Origin: a virus
Virus record (IMG/VR): IMGVR_UViG_3300044648_000206
Span: 1-64,000 of that record
Direction: 5' to 3' (one strand)
DNA length: 64,000 nucleotides
The notes below the pieces were generated by a model that worked only from the letters and a program-made list of their open reading frames with translations, searched no databases and was not told the origin of the DNA. Below are positions 1 to 8,946 of this stretch, piece by piece. Position 1 is the first letter of the stretch; every line of letters starts with the position of its first letter. The translations under genes were made by a program, and so were the position numbers.

Positions 1-36
1 GGTCGTCCTGGACTGCCTTGAGCAGCTTGGCCAGGC

Positions 37-150
37 TCACCAGATCTCCCCGATGAGCCAGACGCTCAGCTCGTAGACGCCGATGCCGACCGCGCCCCAG
101 AACGCCCCGAAGGCGAACTCACTCCACCACTTCTTGCTGGGCAGCCTCAT
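37..150 (-). CDS. small membrane protein
   Basis: My translation MRLPSKKWWSEFAFGAFWGAVGIGVYELSVWLIGEIW; one hydrophobic helix; start/stop overlaps with neighbours. Confidence 0.55.
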   Translation of the reverse strand: MRLPSKKWWSEFAFGAFWGAVGIGVYELSVWLIGEIW

Positions 151-410
151 CAGCACTCCACCTCGTAGCGCAGGACCAGCCGGGAGGGCTCCAGGCTGCG
201 ATCCGCCTTGACCGGGATGCCGACGACCTTGACCAAGATCAGGCCGTCGTACATGGCGTGGGCTCCGTTGACCTCGCGGGCCAGCGCCTGCAACGTCATC
301 GGGTGCGCGTGCAGCACCAGCTGGCTGGTCGACACCGCGTAGAGCTGGTCGGCCTCCCGCAGCCCGTTCTCCACCCGCTCGAGCAGGACCTTGTGCTGGA
401 AGCCGTTCAT
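150..410 (-). CDS. hypothetical protein
   Basis: ATG at 410 overlapping upstream stop, GGAGG RBS. Confidence 0.6.
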   Translation of the reverse strand: MNGFQHKVLLERVENGLREADQLYAVSTSQLVLHAHPMTLQALAREVNGAHAMYDGLILVKVVGIPVKADRSLEPSRLVLRYEVEC

Positions 411-781
411 GCGACCCTCCCGTAGGTCTGGAGCAGGTAGTCGTCCGGCCCGGTGTAGATCACCAGGCCAGTTCCATGGTCGACCGTGACGTAGCCGTCG
501 ATCAGGAGTCCTTGGTCCCGGCCCCCGGGGCCGTGTGCCGCTTGGTGGTGGCGCGGGCAGAGCCCGGCCAAGTGGTAGTCCTCGCCGGCCATGTCCAGCA
601 GGTCGCCGCCCCGCGCCCGGGTGAGCATGTGATGGACCTCGATCCCGCGCCGGAAGCAGCGGGCCCAGACCTCTTCGCCGGTCACGTCGGTCGAGACGTA
701 GACCTCGGCCTCGCACCGCTGGTCGGCCCGCGCGATCACCAGCAGCCGCTGCTTCTCACTGGTGGACTCCTGGCAGATCAT
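407..781 (-). CDS. HNH endonuclease
   Basis: RCE...EVHHMLTRARGG...LCPRHHQAAH HNH pattern. Confidence 0.75.
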   Translation of the reverse strand: MICQESTSEKQRLLVIARADQRCEAEVYVSTDVTGEEVWARCFRRGIEVHHMLTRARGGDLLDMAGEDYHLAGLCPRHHQAAHGPGGRDQGLLIDGYVTVDHGTGLVIYTGPDDYLLQTYGRVA

Positions 782-1029
782 GAGGCCTCGTCCATACGCG
801 GACGGCGGTCTCGGGAGCGGACCTGGGAGCGCGGCTTCTTGCCCAGCTGGACGACCTTGGGCAGGTGCCCGTAGTGCCACAGGTCGCCGCACTGGTAGAC
901 CGACATCTTCTCGCCGGGGTAGAGCCGGGCCGCGCCCTTCTTCGCCATCTTGCGGCTGACGTAGCCCTGCTTGCCGCAGGCCGGGCAGGTGCCGGTGCGC
1001 CCGTCCGCGTAGTAGGTGCCCGGGTTCAT
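778..1029 (-). CDS. small Zn-binding hypothetical protein
   Basis: CPACGK...YQCGDLWHYGH. Confidence 0.6.
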   Translation of the reverse strand: MNPGTYYADGRTGTCPACGKQGYVSRKMAKKGAARLYPGEKMSVYQCGDLWHYGHLPKVVQLGKKPRSQVRSRDRRPRMDEAS

Positions 1030-1292
1030 CGACGCGCCTCGATCTTGGCGAACTGCCGCTTGAGGTCGCGGATGTGCTTGATCTGGCCGTGCCGGCGGCG
1101 GCCGTACCTGGGGTTGCGAGCGTTCAGGTGCAGCCCGAACAGCTTGAGCTGGGCAGCGGCCAGCGCGGACGCCCGGCTGAACTCCCGCATGTTGACCTCG
1201 ACCACGTGGATGATCTCGCCGAAGGCGTTGGGGCCCGGACCGATCACGACCTCGTGGAACTCCAGGTCTTCGTACTTGCCGAGTTCTCTCAC
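1026..1292 (-). CDS. hypothetical protein
   Basis: GTGA overlap with dnaE stop. Confidence 0.55.
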   Translation of the reverse strand: MRELGKYEDLEFHEVVIGPGPNAFGEIIHVVEVNMREFSRASALAAAQLKLFGLHLNARNPRYGRRRHGQIKHIRDLKRQFAKIEARR

Positions 1293-4096
1293 CACGGGGG
1301 TAGCTCCGTGAAGCACTCCAGGGCTCCCTTCTTCCACAGGTTGTGGATCGTTCCGACTGTGTGGTCCTGGGACTCCAGGTACGGCTTGATCCCGGTGACG
1401 GCTCCGCCTTTGACGTAGACGTCCCGGCAGAGCTGCTCGAGGGTCTGCCACCCACCCTCCGGGCGCCGGCTCACCAGCTGCACGGCCTGTTTCTCGCCCA
1501 CACCGTCCAGGGCCAGCAGGCCCATCCGGACGCCGTTGCCCCGGGGGTCGGGCGCGTAGGTCACCCCGGAGAGGTTGATGTCGGCGCGCAGCAGCTTGAC
1601 CCCGCGCCGGCGAGCAGCCGCCTTGTAGGCGGGCTCCTTCTTCTTGTTGCCCGCGGCCACCGCCAGCAGACCGGCGTGGTAGGCCAGCGGCTCGTTGTTG
1701 ATCAGGTACGCGCACCGGTAGGCGGTCAGCCCGTAGGCCGAGGAGTGCGACTGGTTGAAGCCGTAGGTGACGAAGCCGAGGATTGCGGACCAGAGCCAAG
1801 CCACGTCGTCGTTGGACATGCCCCGGTCGTAGGCCATCTCCTGGACCAGCAGCCGGGCGTCGTCCATGACCTCCCGGGCCTTCTCCATCTCGTCCTTCTG
1901 GGAGGCCTTGATCGCCTTGAGGAAGTCGGTGAGCCGGTCCGCGCTCATCCCCAGGTCACGCAGGATGGTGACGACCTGGTCCTGGAAGAGCATGATCCCG
2001 TAGGTGCTCTTGGTGTGCTTCTCGATCAGCTCGTGCCGACGCGGGATCTGCTGTTCCTTGTTCTTGCGCTCGATGTAGGCCTTGGTCGCGCCGGACTCCA
2101 TGGTGGCCGGACGGAACAGGGCCATCGCGGCCACGATGTCGTCGATCTTGGTCGGCTTGAGCTCCTTGCAGCCCCGGCGAGCGGTGCCACCCTCGAGCTG
2201 GAACACCCCGTCCGTGTCGCCCCGGCTGATCGACTGGAAGGTCTTCTTGTCGGTCAGCGGCACCCAGTCCAAGCCGTCGAGCACGTCGCGGCCCATGAAG
2301 GTCATCGCCCGGTTGAGCACCGTCAGGGTGCGCAGCCCCAGCACGTCGAGCTTGACCGCGCCCAGGGCCTCGGTGTCGTGCATGTCGTACTGGCTGACCA
2401 TGGTGTCCGAGGAGGCCACCTTCTGCAGTGGGATCAGCCGGTCGATGTCGCGCTGGGTGGTGGTGACGATCAGCCCGGCCGCGTGCACTCCGTAGCTGGA
2501 CAGGGTGCCGGCCGCGTCCAGGGTGTAGAGGTCGCGCTTGTCCTGCTCGGGCACGTCCTTCCAGTCCGGGATGTTCTCCACGCCCGAGGCGCGCATCCGG
2601 GCGAAGTAGGCCACCCGCAGCGAGCCCTTGGCCTCGTCGTCCCAGTCCTCGACCTCCCACTCGGCGGTCTGGCGCTTGAGCGAGAACTTGGTGTGGGTGC
2701 CGATCTGCTGGACGGCGAACCGGGTGCGCAGCCAGGCGATCAGGTCCTTGCGCCGGTCGTGCTCCACGTCCAGGTCGATGTCCGGGGGCTTGGTCCGGTC
2801 CCGGCTGATGAACCGCTCGAAGGGCAGGTGCCACTTGATCGGGTCCAGCTGGGTGATGCCGCGCAGGTAGCAGATCATCGAGCCCGAGGCCGAGCCGCGG
2901 GCCTGGTAGAACACCCGGTTGGCCCGGCACCAGTCGGTGACCTCGCCGACCAGCTGGAGGTAGCCGGCCATCCCGGTGTCCCGGACGATCTCAAGCTCGT
3001 CGTTCAGCCGCTCGATGCACCGGTCGTAGTGCGCCTTGGCGATCTCCTTGCGGTCCAGCTTCTCCCGCAGCACCCGCTGGCAGTGCTCACTCAGCTCTCG
3101 GTCGGGGTCCGCGACGGTGAAGGGGATGTTGTAGGAGTAGGAGTCGAGCTCGGGGATCTTGAGGTCGTGGGAGGCAAGGAGATCTGCCAGCCCGGCGGCA
3201 CCAGCAGCAAGTCGCCGTCCTGAGTGATGACCCACGAACCAGGCATCATCGGCGAGGTGGAACCCGTCACCAGGGAAGACAGCGTCGTCGGCCTCGGGGC
3301 CGAAGGCGACGATTCGCTTGAGGATCTCGTGGGTCGGCTTGTCAGCCGGTTCGCAGTAGTGAGCGTCCTGTGTGAGGACCGCCGGGAGGCCCAGCTCGTC
3401 GGCCAGCGCCAGCAGCGTGTCAGCCACCCGGTTGTCATTCCAGCCCTCTTCCTCGTGGTCGATGTTGTGGTTCTGCAGCTCGACGTAGAACTTGGGGAAC
3501 CACTGCGCGTAGGCCCACAGCAGCGACCGGGCGCCGTCGATGTCGCCCCGGACGATGGCTTGGCTGGTCAGCCCGAAGTAGCAGCCCGACGTCGCAGCGA
3601 TGCCCTCGAGCAGGCCCTGGTCGCCCAGGGTGGCCAGGTCGTTGTGGTCGACGATCGGCTTGTTGAAGAAGTTGCGGTGGCTCAGCGTCGACAGCCCGAC
3701 CAGGTTCTCGTAGCCCTTGGAGGTGTAGGCGACCACGCACATGTGGTGGCGCTTGAGCTCGCGCGGCGTCTCGCCCTTGGCGCTCATCGCCTTGACGTGC
3801 GCCTCGCGGTCGGTGACCACGTAGAGCTCGGTGCCGGGGAAGGGCAGGATGTCGTTCTTGCGGCTGGCCTGGTACAGCTGGACCGCGCCGGCCATGTTGC
3901 CGTGGTCGGTGAGACCGAGCGCCGGTTGGCCGAGCTTGACGACGGTGTCCACCATCGCCTTGACCGAGGGCAGGGCGTCCTTGTGCGAGAAGCTGCTGTG
4001 GCTGTGCAGGTTCCACAGCTGGCCGGGAGGCACCACCGGCTCGCGCTTGATGCGCAGTACGGGAGCAGGTCGCTCCCGCACAATGGTCAGGTTCAC
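1289..4096 (-). CDS. dnaE: DnaE-like DNA polymerase III alpha subunit
   Basis: PHP domain (LHSHS, LTDHG, DAHY), RGSASGS, catalytic PPDIDLD, VKLDVLGL, YGFNQSHS. Confidence 0.97.
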   Translation of the reverse strand: MNLTIVRERPAPVLRIKREPVVPPGQLWNLHSHSSFSHKDALPSVKAMVDTVVKLGQPALGLTDHGNMAGAVQLYQASRKNDILPFPGTELYVVTDREAHVKAMSAKGETPRELKRHHMCVVAYTSKGYENLVGLSTLSHRNFFNKPIVDHNDLATLGDQGLLEGIAATSGCYFGLTSQAIVRGDIDGARSLLWAYAQWFPKFYVELQNHNIDHEEEGWNDNRVADTLLALADELGLPAVLTQDAHYCEPADKPTHEILKRIVAFGPEADDAVFPGDGFHLADDAWFVGHHSGRRLAAGAAGLADLLASHDLKIPELDSYSYNIPFTVADPDRELSEHCQRVLREKLDRKEIAKAHYDRCIERLNDELEIVRDTGMAGYLQLVGEVTDWCRANRVFYQARGSASGSMICYLRGITQLDPIKWHLPFERFISRDRTKPPDIDLDVEHDRRKDLIAWLRTRFAVQQIGTHTKFSLKRQTAEWEVEDWDDEAKGSLRVAYFARMRASGVENIPDWKDVPEQDKRDLYTLDAAGTLSSYGVHAAGLIVTTTQRDIDRLIPLQKVASSDTMVSQYDMHDTEALGAVKLDVLGLRTLTVLNRAMTFMGRDVLDGLDWVPLTDKKTFQSISRGDTDGVFQLEGGTARRGCKELKPTKIDDIVAAMALFRPATMESGATKAYIERKNKEQQIPRRHELIEKHTKSTYGIMLFQDQVVTILRDLGMSADRLTDFLKAIKASQKDEMEKAREVMDDARLLVQEMAYDRGMSNDDVAWLWSAILGFVTYGFNQSHSSAYGLTAYRCAYLINNEPLAYHAGLLAVAAGNKKKEPAYKAAARRRGVKLLRADINLSGVTYAPDPRGNGVRMGLLALDGVGEKQAVQLVSRRPEGGWQTLEQLCRDVYVKGGAVTGIKPYLESQDHTVGTIHNLWKKGALECFTELPPW

Positions 4097-4115
4097 TACG
4101 GGCTCCTTTCAGAAG

Positions 4116-4187
4116 CTCCCCGGCGAGGACTCGAACCTCGATCTCTGCGCCCAGAACGCAGCCGCTTGCCAGTTAGCGGACCAGGGA
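4116..4187 (-). tRNA. trnQ: tRNA-Gln(CTG), CCA not encoded
   Basis: Cloverleaf: TCCCTGG/CCGGGGA acceptor, CTGCG-TTCTGGG-CGCAG anticodon arm, GGTTCGAGTCC T arm. Confidence 0.93.
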
Positions 4188-4190
4188 AGG

Positions 4191-4269
4191 GGAGAGGGCG
4201 GGTGTTTCATGGGCGGACTGCGGCAACCGCTGTCCTGGGATCTCCCCAGGCACCATGCCCGCCCTCTCC
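4191..4269 (-). ncRNA. structured RNA motif A, copy 1
   Basis: 12-bp perfect closing stem, CATGG/CCATG helix, GAGAT-loop hairpin, AAACA bulge; homologous to 28979-29060. Confidence 0.7.
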
Positions 4270-4275
4270 TGCTGG

Positions 4276-4428
4276 TTACTGGATGGCGCGCCGGAGGTAC
4301 GAGAGGCGCTCGAGCACCTCGGTGGCGTTCTCATCCAGCCGGTCGACGTCCTCCTGGCTGGAGGCCTGCGGCTCCTGGAGGGTGTTGATCGCGAAGATCG
4401 CGTAGTCCAGGGCTTCCTTCGCGGTCAC
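4276..4428 (-). CDS. small hypothetical protein
   Basis: 50-aa ORF (MTAKEALDYAIFAINTLQ...) with GTGA overlap. Confidence 0.55.
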   Translation of the reverse strand: MTAKEALDYAIFAINTLQEPQASSQEDVDRLDENATEVLERLSYLRRAIQ

Positions 4429-4814
4429 GAGGTGCTCAGGTCGAAGTTCGGGATGATCGTCTCGGGTCGGAAGATCACCCGTGACCGGAACAGGTCGACG
4501 TGCACGCCGCCGATCTGGGTGACGATGATCGTCACGTTGTCCGACTTCGCCAGCGTGGTGCGCTCGATGGACCCGTCCGGCTGCTTGCAGATCGCCTGGT
4601 ACGAGCCGCCACCGATCTCGTAGGAGCAGAAGCCCTCGACCGAGAAGAGGACGCTGTCGGTGATGCCGTTGATGCCGACGATCCGGCGCGGGACCTCGAA
4701 GTTCTCGGCGGCCTTGGTCAGGTTCTCGTTGGCCCGGTCGGCGGCGCTGGGACCGGTGCAGCCGGCCACGAGCAGGGCGCCGGCGGCGAACACGGCAGCG
4801 GCGGCGCGCTTCAT
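4425..4814 (-). CDS. lipoprotein
   Basis: Signal peptide with lipobox LVAGC. Confidence 0.75.
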   Translation of the reverse strand: MKRAAAAVFAAGALLVAGCTGPSAADRANENLTKAAENFEVPRRIVGINGITDSVLFSVEGFCSYEIGGGSYQAICKQPDGSIERTTLAKSDNVTIIVTQIGGVHVDLFRSRVIFRPETIIPNFDLSTS

Positions 4815-5134
4815 ACCGTCACCTCCGCGCGCTCCTCGAGGTAGCGCGCCTCGGCTGCGTCTGCGACCACGACGTAGTGGGGGTCGTCGCCGGTCCCCTC
4901 GACGTCGGTGTAGTCGCTCAGGTGCAGCAGGTCCGAGAGCAGGTCCTGGACGACCGTCTCGATCGGCTCGCCCACGGCGCCGGTCTTGTAGGCGTACATC
5001 GCCAGCGGGACCAGCGTCCGCGACGCCCGGTACTCGTTGCTGCTGAGGTCGGGCTCGGTCGCATTCGCGTCGAGCACCGGCCGGAAGGCCTCGAGGGCCT
5101 CCCTCACGGTGCCCTGAGCTTGGATCTGGGTCAC
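4811..5134 (-). CDS. hypothetical protein
   Basis: Coupled ORF, DLLSDLLHL helical motif. Confidence 0.6.
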   Translation of the reverse strand: MTQIQAQGTVREALEAFRPVLDANATEPDLSSNEYRASRTLVPLAMYAYKTGAVGEPIETVVQDLLSDLLHLSDYTDVEGTGDDPHYVVVADAAEARYLEERAEVTV

Positions 5135-5244
5135 TTCTTCTTCTCCTTGGGTGGGGTGGTCTTCTTGGCCTTCTCGGCCTCGGCGAACTTGCGCTCGCGC
5201 TCCGCGCGCATGGCCTTCTCGCGCGGGCCGATCTCCTTAGCCAC
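5131..5244 (-). CDS. small basic protein
   Basis: GTG start, VAKEIGPREKAMRAERE... Confidence 0.45.
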   Translation of the reverse strand: MAKEIGPREKAMRAERERKFAEAEKAKKTTPPKEKKK

Positions 5245-5515
5245 GGGGCTTGACGTACGGCTCGTTGTCGGTCGGGCGCGACTCGGCGAACGAGTACCGG
5301 ATGCGGGCCGGCTTCGCCAGGGAGATCCGCCGGTACAGGCTCGGGTACTTGGGCCGGTAGATGCCCTGCCGCTTCTCACCGTCCGGGGTCACGACGAGGA
5401 CGTCGCCGCCCTGGCGCCGGGTCTGTCGGTTCGGACCCTTGGTCGAGACCAAGGGGATGACCTCGACCTTGGGCGCGTGCAGCACCGAGCGCGGGGTGCG
5501 GTTGTGGGAGGCCAT
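5237..5515 (-). CDS. hypothetical basic protein
   Basis: ORF with AAGGA RBS. Confidence 0.55.
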   Translation of the reverse strand: MASHNRTPRSVLHAPKVEVIPLVSTKGPNRQTRRQGGDVLVVTPDGEKRQGIYRPKYPSLYRRISLAKPARIRYSFAESRPTDNEPYVKPRG

Positions 5516-5516
5516 C

Positions 5517-5681
5517 TCAGTCCTTCGTCAGGAAGTCGAAGAACTTCTGAGCGGCCTTGACGATCTCGTCGGCGTCGCTGAACGAGTTGACGTCGACCGC
5601 CTTCTCCAGCGCGGCCAGCCGCAGCTGGCTGTCACTGAACAACGGCAGATGCACGTCGCGTGGGTTTGGCGCGTCGCTCAT
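5517..5681 (-). CDS. hypothetical protein
   Basis: GAGGAGG RBS; LRLAALEKAV...IVKAAQKFFDFL. Confidence 0.65.
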   Translation of the reverse strand: MSDAPNPRDVHLPLFSDSQLRLAALEKAVDVNSFSDADEIVKAAQKFFDFLTKD

Positions 5682-5704
5682 GGGTACCTCCTCAGGGGTG
5701 GGGA

Positions 5705-5748
5705 GCCGGGGGCCCGCGGTTCGCGGCAGGGTGTCGCGGGCCCCCGGC
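5705..5748 (-). terminator. GC-rich hairpin (terminator or processing site) after SSB
   Basis: 14-bp perfect stem GCCGGGGGCCCGCG/CGCGGGCCCCCGGC, no clear U-tract. Confidence 0.5.
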
Positions 5749-5751
5749 GAC

Positions 5752-6516
5752 TTACTCGGTGCCGAACTTGGCGATGAGCTTGTCGGCGAGCTCACCGGCG
5801 GTGTCGGTGGACGACCACTCGACGCCGGCCTTGTCGCAGAGCTCGCGCAGCTCGGGCCGGTCCATCGCCCGCACCTTGGCCTCGGTCAGCTCGACCGACT
5901 CCTCCGAAGCGGGAGCGGCCTGCTCACCCTTCGGCTCAGTAGGGGGGTTCTCGTCCCCCGGCACGTGCTCTGCGGCCGGAGCCTCACGCTGGGCCGGGAT
6001 GGCCGGGGTGTCGCCCCAGGCCTCCTTCCAGGACTCCTGCAGGCACTGCTGCACGGTCAGCTCGGCCTCGGAGAGCCGCTTGGCCGTGTCGACCTCGTAC
6101 TTGTCCTCCTGGTCGACGTCGTACTCGGTCTCCAGGCCCTCGCCGGTCTTCATCACCGAGTAGTCCCGGTTGAGGATGGTGCCGTTGTTCTTCTCCGCAC
6201 GAGCCGCGATCCGGTCGGCCAGCGAGCCGGGGATCTTGAACGGCAGCACCTTGTCCTTCTCCACCAGGAGGAGGTACGTTCCGTAGCGGCGCGAAGCCTT
6301 GCGCTGCTTGTCGATCTCGGAGGTGCAACCCGGGCAGGTCGTCTTGTCACCCGTGCAGGGGTAACCCTTGCCGGTAGCGGTGCGGTGCTCCCAGAACTCG
6401 ATCCAGTCGTCCTGCTCCTGCAGGAACCGGACCTTGGTCTCGCCCTTGGCGAAGCCGCGGAGGTAGACCCCGCTGCCGCGCTCTGGCGCGTCTGCCTTGC
6501 GTACGCCGAACTCCAT
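5752..6516 (-). CDS. ssDNA-binding protein (gp32-like) with C-terminal helix-extension-helix domain
   Basis: KVRFL...EH...CTGDKTTCPGC Zn motif; position in replication module. Confidence 0.7.
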   Translation of the reverse strand: MEFGVRKADAPERGSGVYLRGFAKGETKVRFLQEQDDWIEFWEHRTATGKGYPCTGDKTTCPGCTSEIDKQRKASRRYGTYLLLVEKDKVLPFKIPGSLADRIAARAEKNNGTILNRDYSVMKTGEGLETEYDVDQEDKYEVDTAKRLSEAELTVQQCLQESWKEAWGDTPAIPAQREAPAAEHVPGDENPPTEPKGEQAAPASEESVELTEAKVRAMDRPELRELCDKAGVEWSSTDTAGELADKLIAKFGTE

Positions 6517-6563
6517 CTGAACCCCTTGTTTCTGTGGCTGCGAAGAGCCGTTGGTGGTGGGTG

Positions 6564-6797
6564 TTACCGGTTGCGCTGAGCGGCGTTGGCGTCGGCCATG
6601 ACGCCGCCCTGCCGCTCGATCTCGCGAATGACGTTCTCGGCCACGGCCTTGCCGGTCCGAGTGGACGCCGCCTTGGCGTCCTCGCCGTCCTGGACAGCCG
6701 AGTTGAACTCGACCTTGATCCAGGCGTCCTTGCCGTCGATGCGGACCTGGTGGGTCACGCCGACCGTCACGCGGTCGCCAGGGGCAACGTCCGTCAT
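6564..6797 (-). CDS. hypothetical protein
   Basis: Coupled ORF MTDVAPGDRV... Confidence 0.6.
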   Translation of the reverse strand: MTDVAPGDRVTVGVTHQVRIDGKDAWIKVEFNSAVQDGEDAKAASTRTGKAVAENVIREIERQGGVMADANAAQRNR

Positions 6798-7279
6798 CAG
6801 TGCTCCATCTCTGCCAGCTGCTGCTGGGCAAGGGCGATCTGGGAGAGCGGGACCGAGGTGTCCTCGCCCTTGTCGGCCAGCTCCTGAGCTCGCTGACGGT
6901 GGTACGCGATCCGGCTGTAGAGCCGGTTGCGCTCCTTGCGCTGGTCCTTGGTCCACTTGCGCGGCCGGCCCGTCTTCTTCTCGATGACGTCCTGCAGCGG
7001 CACGACCTGCTTCTGCCGGTCGAGGTGGCCGCGGATCTTGTCGATGTCGGCCTGGGTGTAGAGGTAGACCTCGATCCGGCCGAACAGCGCCTTGAAGCTG
7101 GGCACCAGGCGGTCGGCCGGATCGGGCAGGTCCTTGGTGGCCACGATCAGGCGCCGCAGCGTGCGGTCGCTGGTGCCCAGCAGGGCAGCCGCCTCGCGGA
7201 CCATGAAGTAGTCGCCGTCCAGGGACCGCACGAAGCGGGTCACCGGGTCCAGCGGGCGGGCGAACACGGCGCTGCTCAT
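6797..7279 (-). CDS. MerR/excisionase-like HTH DNA-binding protein
   Basis: YFMVREAAALLGTSDRTLRRL...YLYTQADID. Confidence 0.75.
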   Translation of the reverse strand: MSSAVFARPLDPVTRFVRSLDGDYFMVREAAALLGTSDRTLRRLIVATKDLPDPADRLVPSFKALFGRIEVYLYTQADIDKIRGHLDRQKQVVPLQDVIEKKTGRPRKWTKDQRKERNRLYSRIAYHRQRAQELADKGEDTSVPLSQIALAQQQLAEMEH

Positions 7280-7737
7280 GGCTGCTCCGCGACGAACCGC
7301 AGCGAGGTGCTGGTCTTGACCTCGGACACGTCGGCAACGTCCTGGGGCGAGAGCCACCCACTTGCCACCGCCTCCGCGACCTTGGCGTTGACCAGCTTCC
7401 GCTCGGTCAGCCTGTTCCATGCCCGGGCGCCGATCTTCGCCTTGAGGGCCTGCGCGTCGATCCTCGCGTCATCCCTGGACACAACCGTGGCGCGCCAGGG
7501 CTGGCCGGTCAGGTCAGTGCCGACCGCCGTCCGCTCCCCGCGCAGAAGCAGGTGCTGGGTGAGGGTGTCGCGGACCTTGGTCCGCTGCTCCTGGGCCTCG
7601 GCCAGGGCCGCCTCAGCGTCCGCCACGGCGTCGATCAGAGCGGTCAGCTCCGGGTCGTCGTCGACGATCTCGGCGATCGTGTCGTCGTAGACGGTGCTGG
7701 GCTCAGGGGAACTTACATCGGTGTCATTCAGGGGCAC
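7276..7737 (-). CDS. hypothetical coiled-coil protein, probably leaderless
   Basis: GTG 7 nt downstream of a TAACTT -10 box. Confidence 0.55.
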   Translation of the reverse strand: MPLNDTDVSSPEPSTVYDDTIAEIVDDDPELTALIDAVADAEAALAEAQEQRTKVRDTLTQHLLLRGERTAVGTDLTGQPWRATVVSRDDARIDAQALKAKIGARAWNRLTERKLVNAKVAEAVASGWLSPQDVADVSEVKTSTSLRFVAEQP

Positions 7738-7741
7738 GAGC

Positions 7742-7773
7742 AGGAAGTTACACGGGTGTAGTTCACCTGGCAA
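7742..7773 (-). promoter_or_regulatory. sigma70-type promoter with palindromic operator (class B)
   Basis: TTGCCA-N17-TAACTT; 23-bp match to 11290-11312. Confidence 0.7.
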
Positions 7774-8632
7774 GAGACACGAGCAAGGTGGAGCGAAGTT
7801 GTCGAGGAGCCTCCTCGATGTCCTTCGCCTGCACCCCGGACCAATCGACCCGAGACACCGCAAACCCTTCATGCGTAAGGCGTTCGTCGAGCCCGACGAC
7901 TCGCTTGCCCTTGTCGGTGACCCAGCCCTCGACGGCGCGCTGACCGGCCAGGTCGTTGTCCATCACCAGCCCGACGTGGCGCACGCCGGCGCGATGCAGC
8001 AGCTGGACCTGCCGGTCGCTGATCTGGGCCCCGAACAGCGCCCAGGCCTCGTGCCCGACCTCCCAGCAGGCCATCGCGTCGGCCGCGCCCTCGACCAGCA
8101 GCACCGAGTCCCGGCCCTCGGTGGTGTAGCCGAAGAGCCGGTCGGAGACCTTGGAGTTGGGCGGGTAGACGTACTTGGGCTGGTGCTCCAGCTGGCGGTA
8201 GACCACGCCGTGGATGCGCCCGTACGGGTCACGCAGCGGGTAGCAGGGCGAGGGTCGGGGCACCCCGTTGACCGAGCGCAGGCCGTTGTAGCCCAGCCGG
8301 AAGTGGTCGATGGTCTTCTGCTCGAAGCGGTCGCGCCAGTACGGGGTGGCCACGCCTGGGCGGTGGAAGAGGTCCAGCCAGCTCTCGGGGTAGACCTTGA
8401 CTTCCTCCAGCTCGTCGAGCATCTCGAGGATGCCCTGACCGAAGTGGAAGTCGTCGCTCTCGACGATCGTCTTGGTGTCCCCGGTGGAGCCGCAGACGTA
8501 GCAGAACCAGACGCCCTTGATCACGTTGACCGAGGCGCTGGCGTGGCTGTCGCCGTGGACCGGGCAGCGGAAGGCCCGCTCTCGTCCTCTACCCCGGGTG
8601 AGAGCTTCCTCGAGACTTCTGTAGGTGGGCAC
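7763..8632 (-). CDS. dnaG: DNA primase (Zn finger + TOPRIM)
   Basis: CPVH...CYVC; LLVEGAADA; MDNDLAG. Confidence 0.9.
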   Translation of the reverse strand: MPTYRSLEEALTRGRGRERAFRCPVHGDSHASASVNVIKGVWFCYVCGSTGDTKTIVESDDFHFGQGILEMLDELEEVKVYPESWLDLFHRPGVATPYWRDRFEQKTIDHFRLGYNGLRSVNGVPRPSPCYPLRDPYGRIHGVVYRQLEHQPKYVYPPNSKVSDRLFGYTTEGRDSVLLVEGAADAMACWEVGHEAWALFGAQISDRQVQLLHRAGVRHVGLVMDNDLAGQRAVEGWVTDKGKRVVGLDERLTHEGFAVSRVDWSGVQAKDIEEAPRQLRSTLLVSLAR

Positions 8633-8792
8633 GGCCGGCTCCAGTCAGTCGCACCTCGTAGGTGCCCGGGACGGGGGTGACGTTGACCTTGATCAGGTCG
8701 GCGCAGAGCAGCGTGGCGAGGGCCAGCTGCTGGCCGCGGATCAGGGTCCAGCCCCGGTCAGGAAGGCTCTGCAGGAGCTCTACTGAGATCAC
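8589..8792 (-). CDS. hypothetical protein
   Basis: Short ORF within operon. Confidence 0.45.
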   Translation of the reverse strand: MISVELLQSLPDRGWTLIRGQQLALATLLCADLIKVNVTPVPGTYEVRLTGAGRAHLQKSRGSSHPG

Positions 8793-8946
8793 GCGGGTCA
8801 GCCTCCCAGACCAGGTCGACGGTCTCCCAGCAGCCCGGCTGCAGGCACTGGAGGCCGGAGTGCTCGCCGCACAGGTCGCAGCCCGAGACGTCGGTCTCCT
8901 CCCAGAGGTGACCGCTCGGGTGGGTGCAGGGCTCAGGTGTGTTCAT
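8758..8946 (-). CDS. small Cys-rich protein
   Basis: CTH...CDLC...CLQPGC. Confidence 0.5.
   Translation of the reverse strand: MNTPEPCTHPSGHLWEETDVSGCDLCGEHSGLQCLQPGCWETVDLVWEADPRDLSRAPAEPS

Noticed and set aside
1289-4096. Intein or intron in dnaE, dnaB or terL
   Set aside because: Frames are uninterrupted, lengths ordinary, and no splice-junction motifs are seen
4191-4269. Motif A as a hammerhead, hairpin or HDV-like/theta ribozyme, or a cobalamin riboswitch
   Set aside because: It has GAAAC but no CUGANGA core, no HDV nested pseudoknot and no GGGAA cobalamin core; it is also 5' of the tRNA rather than in the 3' trailer
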